A stretch of 64,000 nucleotides of DNA from an uncultured Pseudomonadota bacterium (GTDB lineage Bacteria > Pseudomonadota > Gammaproteobacteria > Ga0077536), in the NCBI GenBank assembly GCA_903825645.1, contig CAIKBL010000041.1, positions 8,375 through 72,374 of the forward strand, read 5' to 3'. Positions 61,688 through 64,000 of the stretch are shown here, piece by piece (position 1 is the first letter of the stretch; each line of letters starts with the position of its first letter). The position numbers and the translations under genes are program-made. The notes under the pieces were generated by a model. It made no database searches and was not told where the DNA came from. It was given only the letters and a program-made list of their open reading frames with translations.

Positions 61688-63190
61688 ATGGAGATCTCGA
61701 TCAAACTTGGTAGCGTACGCACCCTTAAAGCGGCCTGCATTGCGGTCCCTATTTTTTCTGGACGCCGCCTGAGCCCAACCGCACAGTCGATCGACAAAGC
61801 CAGTCGGGGAGCGCTCAGCCGCGTCATCAAGCGGGGCGATATTATCGGTAATCAGGGCGAAGTGCTAATGCTGCCAGACGTTGCCGGCATCGCAGCCGAG
61901 CGGGTGCTGCTGGTGGGTTGTGGGAAACAGCAGGAAGGTCTCTCGGGACAGGAATATCTGACTGTGCTCAACAAGACTGCTAAAACGCTGTGCGATGCCG
62001 GGTTGAAGAATGTCACTAGCGCGCTACTCGAGGTCACCGTCAGGGAGCGCGATAGCTGCTGGAAAGCACGGCAGACCGCGTTGGCATTTAGTGCAGCCAG
62101 TTACCGTTTCGACAAGATGAAGAGCAAACCCTCGCGGAAAGCCCTCCTCGGCCGCTTAACGCTGCTCGCTGAGCGGGCGGACCAGGCGGCGGTTGCGATC
62201 GGCATCAGGCTCGGCAAGGGGATCGGGGACGGCGTCGTACTCACCCGGGACCTGGCAAATCTGCCCGGAAACCATTGCACGCCAACCCATCTCGCGATCA
62301 CTGCGGTCGAACTCGCCCAGCGGATGTCCAACCTCAAGGCGACCGTTCTGAATGAAGCCGACATGCAAAAACTCGGCATGGGTTCATTACTCTCGGTGGC
62401 GCACGGCAGTCGCCAGCCGCCCAAACTCATTACCCTCGAATACCAGGGTGGACCCCGTCATATCAAGCCGGTTGTGCTTGTCGGCAAGGGGGTGACCTTC
62501 GACTCGGGTGGAATTTCGCTCAAGCCCGGGGCTGCCATGGATGAAATGAAATTCGATATGGCCGGTGCCGCGTGCGTATTCGGTGTTTTGCAGGCCGTCG
62601 CGGCGCTGGCACTGCCGATCAACGTGGTCGGCGTTGTCCCCGCGACGGAGAATATGCCCGACGGCAACGCCACAAAGCCTGGCGATGTCGTCACCAGCAT
62701 GTCGGGCCAAACCATCGAGATTCTGAATACAGATGCTGAAGGCCGGCTCATTCTTTGTGACGCACTGACCTACAGCGCGCGCTTCGATCCCGAAGTGATT
62801 ATTGATATCGCAACCTTGACCGGCGCATGCGTGATCGCACTGGGAAGCCACGCAAGTGGTTTGCTTGGCAACGACGATGCGCTGGCAGAGGCGCTGCTCA
62901 GCGCCGGGCAACGCGCCGGCGACCGCGCCTGGAGACTCCCACTCTGGGAAGACTATCAGAAGCAACTCGAGAGCCCTTTTGCCGACATGGCCAATATCGG
63001 GGGTCGGGAAGCCGGGACGATAACGGCAGCTTGTTTCCTTGCGCGTTTTACCAAAGCTTATCGATGGGCGCACCTGGACATCGCCGGCACTGCTTGGACT
63101 GGCGGCAAGACCAAGGGCGCCACCGGCCGGCCAGTCCCCTTGCTAATGGAATATTTGCTCGAACGTTGCCCGACCTCTTGGGTCGCATGA
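61688..63190 (+). CDS. pepA: leucyl aminopeptidase (cytosol aminopeptidase)
   Basis: M17 motifs NTDAEGRL and catalytic KGVTFDSGG; start set at ATG 61688 (MEISIKLG..), upstream part of the long ORF overlaps lptG on the opposite strand. Confidence 0.92.
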   Translation: MEISIKLGSVRTLKAACIAVPIFSGRRLSPTAQSIDKASRGALSRVIKRGDIIGNQGEVLMLPDVAGIAAERVLLVGCGKQQEGLSGQEYLTVLNKTAKTLCDAGLKNVTSALLEVTVRERDSCWKARQTALAFSAASYRFDKMKSKPSRKALLGRLTLLAERADQAAVAIGIRLGKGIGDGVVLTRDLANLPGNHCTPTHLAITAVELAQRMSNLKATVLNEADMQKLGMGSLLSVAHGSRQPPKLITLEYQGGPRHIKPVVLVGKGVTFDSGGISLKPGAAMDEMKFDMAGAACVFGVLQAVAALALPINVVGVVPATENMPDGNATKPGDVVTSMSGQTIEILNTDAEGRLILCDALTYSARFDPEVIIDIATLTGACVIALGSHASGLLGNDDALAEALLSAGQRAGDRAWRLPLWEDYQKQLESPFADMANIGGREAGTITAACFLARFTKAYRWAHLDIAGTAWTGGKTKGATGRPVPLLMEYLLERCPTSWVA

Positions 63191-63624
63191 CGAATATTCT
63201 TTTCGAAGTACTGCCCGCGCAGGAACGCCGCCAACATGACGTCTGCGTCTGCGAGCTTATTGAGCGTCTGTGGCTGGCGGGTCATCAGGTCTATATTCAT
63301 TGTTTAGATGAAGATATGGCGACTGGCCTCGATGAGTTACTCTGGACTTTCCACGACACCAGCTTCGTGCCACACGCCGTTACCGGTGGGCCTGAGGCGG
63401 GCCAGGCAAAAATCTTGCTGGGCAGCGCCGCGCAACCGCCGGAATGCGTGGATGTACTCGTAAATCTGCATACAGAAGTCCCTTATTTTTTCAGCCAGTT
63501 CGAGCGTGTCGTCGAAACGACCGGACATGACGATCACAGTCGGCAGCTGGCGCGCGAACGTTACCGCTACTACAAAACGCGGGGCTATCCGTTGAGTACA
63601 CATAATGCAGGACAAGCTACTTGA
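63187..63624 (+). CDS. holC: DNA polymerase III chi subunit
   Basis: MTNILFEVLP...LIERLWLAGHQVYIHC..LDELLWTF pattern of HolC, 145 aa, ATG overlaps pepA stop; the 265-aa ORF in the track is an artefactual upstream extension. Confidence 0.85.
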   Translation: MTNILFEVLPAQERRQHDVCVCELIERLWLAGHQVYIHCLDEDMATGLDELLWTFHDTSFVPHAVTGGPEAGQAKILLGSAAQPPECVDVLVNLHTEVPYFFSQFERVVETTGHDDHSRQLARERYRYYKTRGYPLSTHNAGQAT

Positions 63625-64000
63625 GCGAAGACCAGCAGGACCACGGCACACAAACGGAGTCCGGACTAGGCGCGGCGACCCCGTCAGTGTCTGGCACGCC
63701 CGAGACGGATCTCAGTGGCACGACTGTCGTCCTTGGGGGTAAGCGTGAGAGGCTTCAGCAGAAACTAACGGGACGCTATCCCTCTCTTGGGTTGCAGCCG
63801 CCGATATTAACCAATCCGGTGACTAACGTTGATCCCAGACTCTTCGAAGCCACTCGCCGTATCGACCGGAGTCCGACGGTTCTGGCCAGCGAGACACCTC
63901 GCCGGACAGCAAGTGAAATCGCCGAAAATGCCGCAGCCCGTCCCCATGAACCGACAACCGAAGAAGAAAATACGATGACCGTACAATCGACGCCGCCGTC
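63621..64000 (+). CDS. 5' fragment of an unidentified ORF running off the window (S/T/P/E-rich low-complexity N-terminus)
   Basis: Open frame with no stop from 63621 to window end (126 codons); not in ORF track; start codon undetermined; sequence does not resemble valS, which follows holC in E. coli. Confidence 0.25.
   Translation, partial: MSEDQQDHGTQTESGLGAATPSVSGTPETDLSGTTVVLGGKRERLQQKLTGRYPSLGLQPPILTNPVTNVDPRLFEATRRIDRSPTVLASETPRRTASEIAENAAARPHEPTTEEENTMTVQSTPP

Noticed and set aside
62387-63073. 228-aa minus-strand ORF
   Set aside because: Antisense within pepA.

Overview
This window is a GC-rich (~57%) stretch of core gammaproteobacterial chromosome. I infer a Pseudomonas-like gene order from memory; this is not a database result. 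Almost every large ORF is a recognisable housekeeping gene in conserved arrangement. I see no integrase, transposase, IS element, CRISPR array or prophage, so this is not an accessory island.

In window order:
- a CPA2/Kef-type cation:proton antiporter, then tRNA-Glu(CUC)
- pcnB-folK-(deoxynucleoside kinase)-panC-cinA-like
- miaB-phoH-ybeY-corC-lnt
- hemE-gltD-gltB on the minus strand
- an ExeA-like AAA + SPOR protein, a dGTPase-like gene, aroB-aroK and the type IV pilus genes pilQ-P-O-N-M, divergent from ponA (PBP1A)
- a 221-aa unknown protein translationally coupled to priA, then argS and an FtsN-like SPOR protein
- tRNA-Gly(CCC), followed by a CheY-like receiver overlapping a PhnP/PqqB-like MBL-fold hydrolase
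- thiS-thiG-trmB; a HAD hydrolase and a Sel1-repeat protein
- a REC-REC-EAL protein, a 636-bp gap, GST and a cytoplasmic PAS histidine kinase
- single-chain pyruvate carboxylase; an MBL hydrolase; cupin-bcp
- a RegB/RegA (RoxS/RoxR)-type redox two-component system; an esterase
- speE-speH; a thioesterase-SDR pair; DUF455; an RDD protein; one LptG-like permease; pepA-holC

I found no clearly new multi-gene system. The best candidates for undescribed biology are:
- the receiver + MBL phosphodiesterase-like pair at 37.2-38.6 kb
- the orphan protein coupled to priA
- the AAA-SPOR protein beside the pilus secretin cluster
- the long structured non-coding stretches upstream of speE, upstream of the thioesterase, and between the EAL and GST genes
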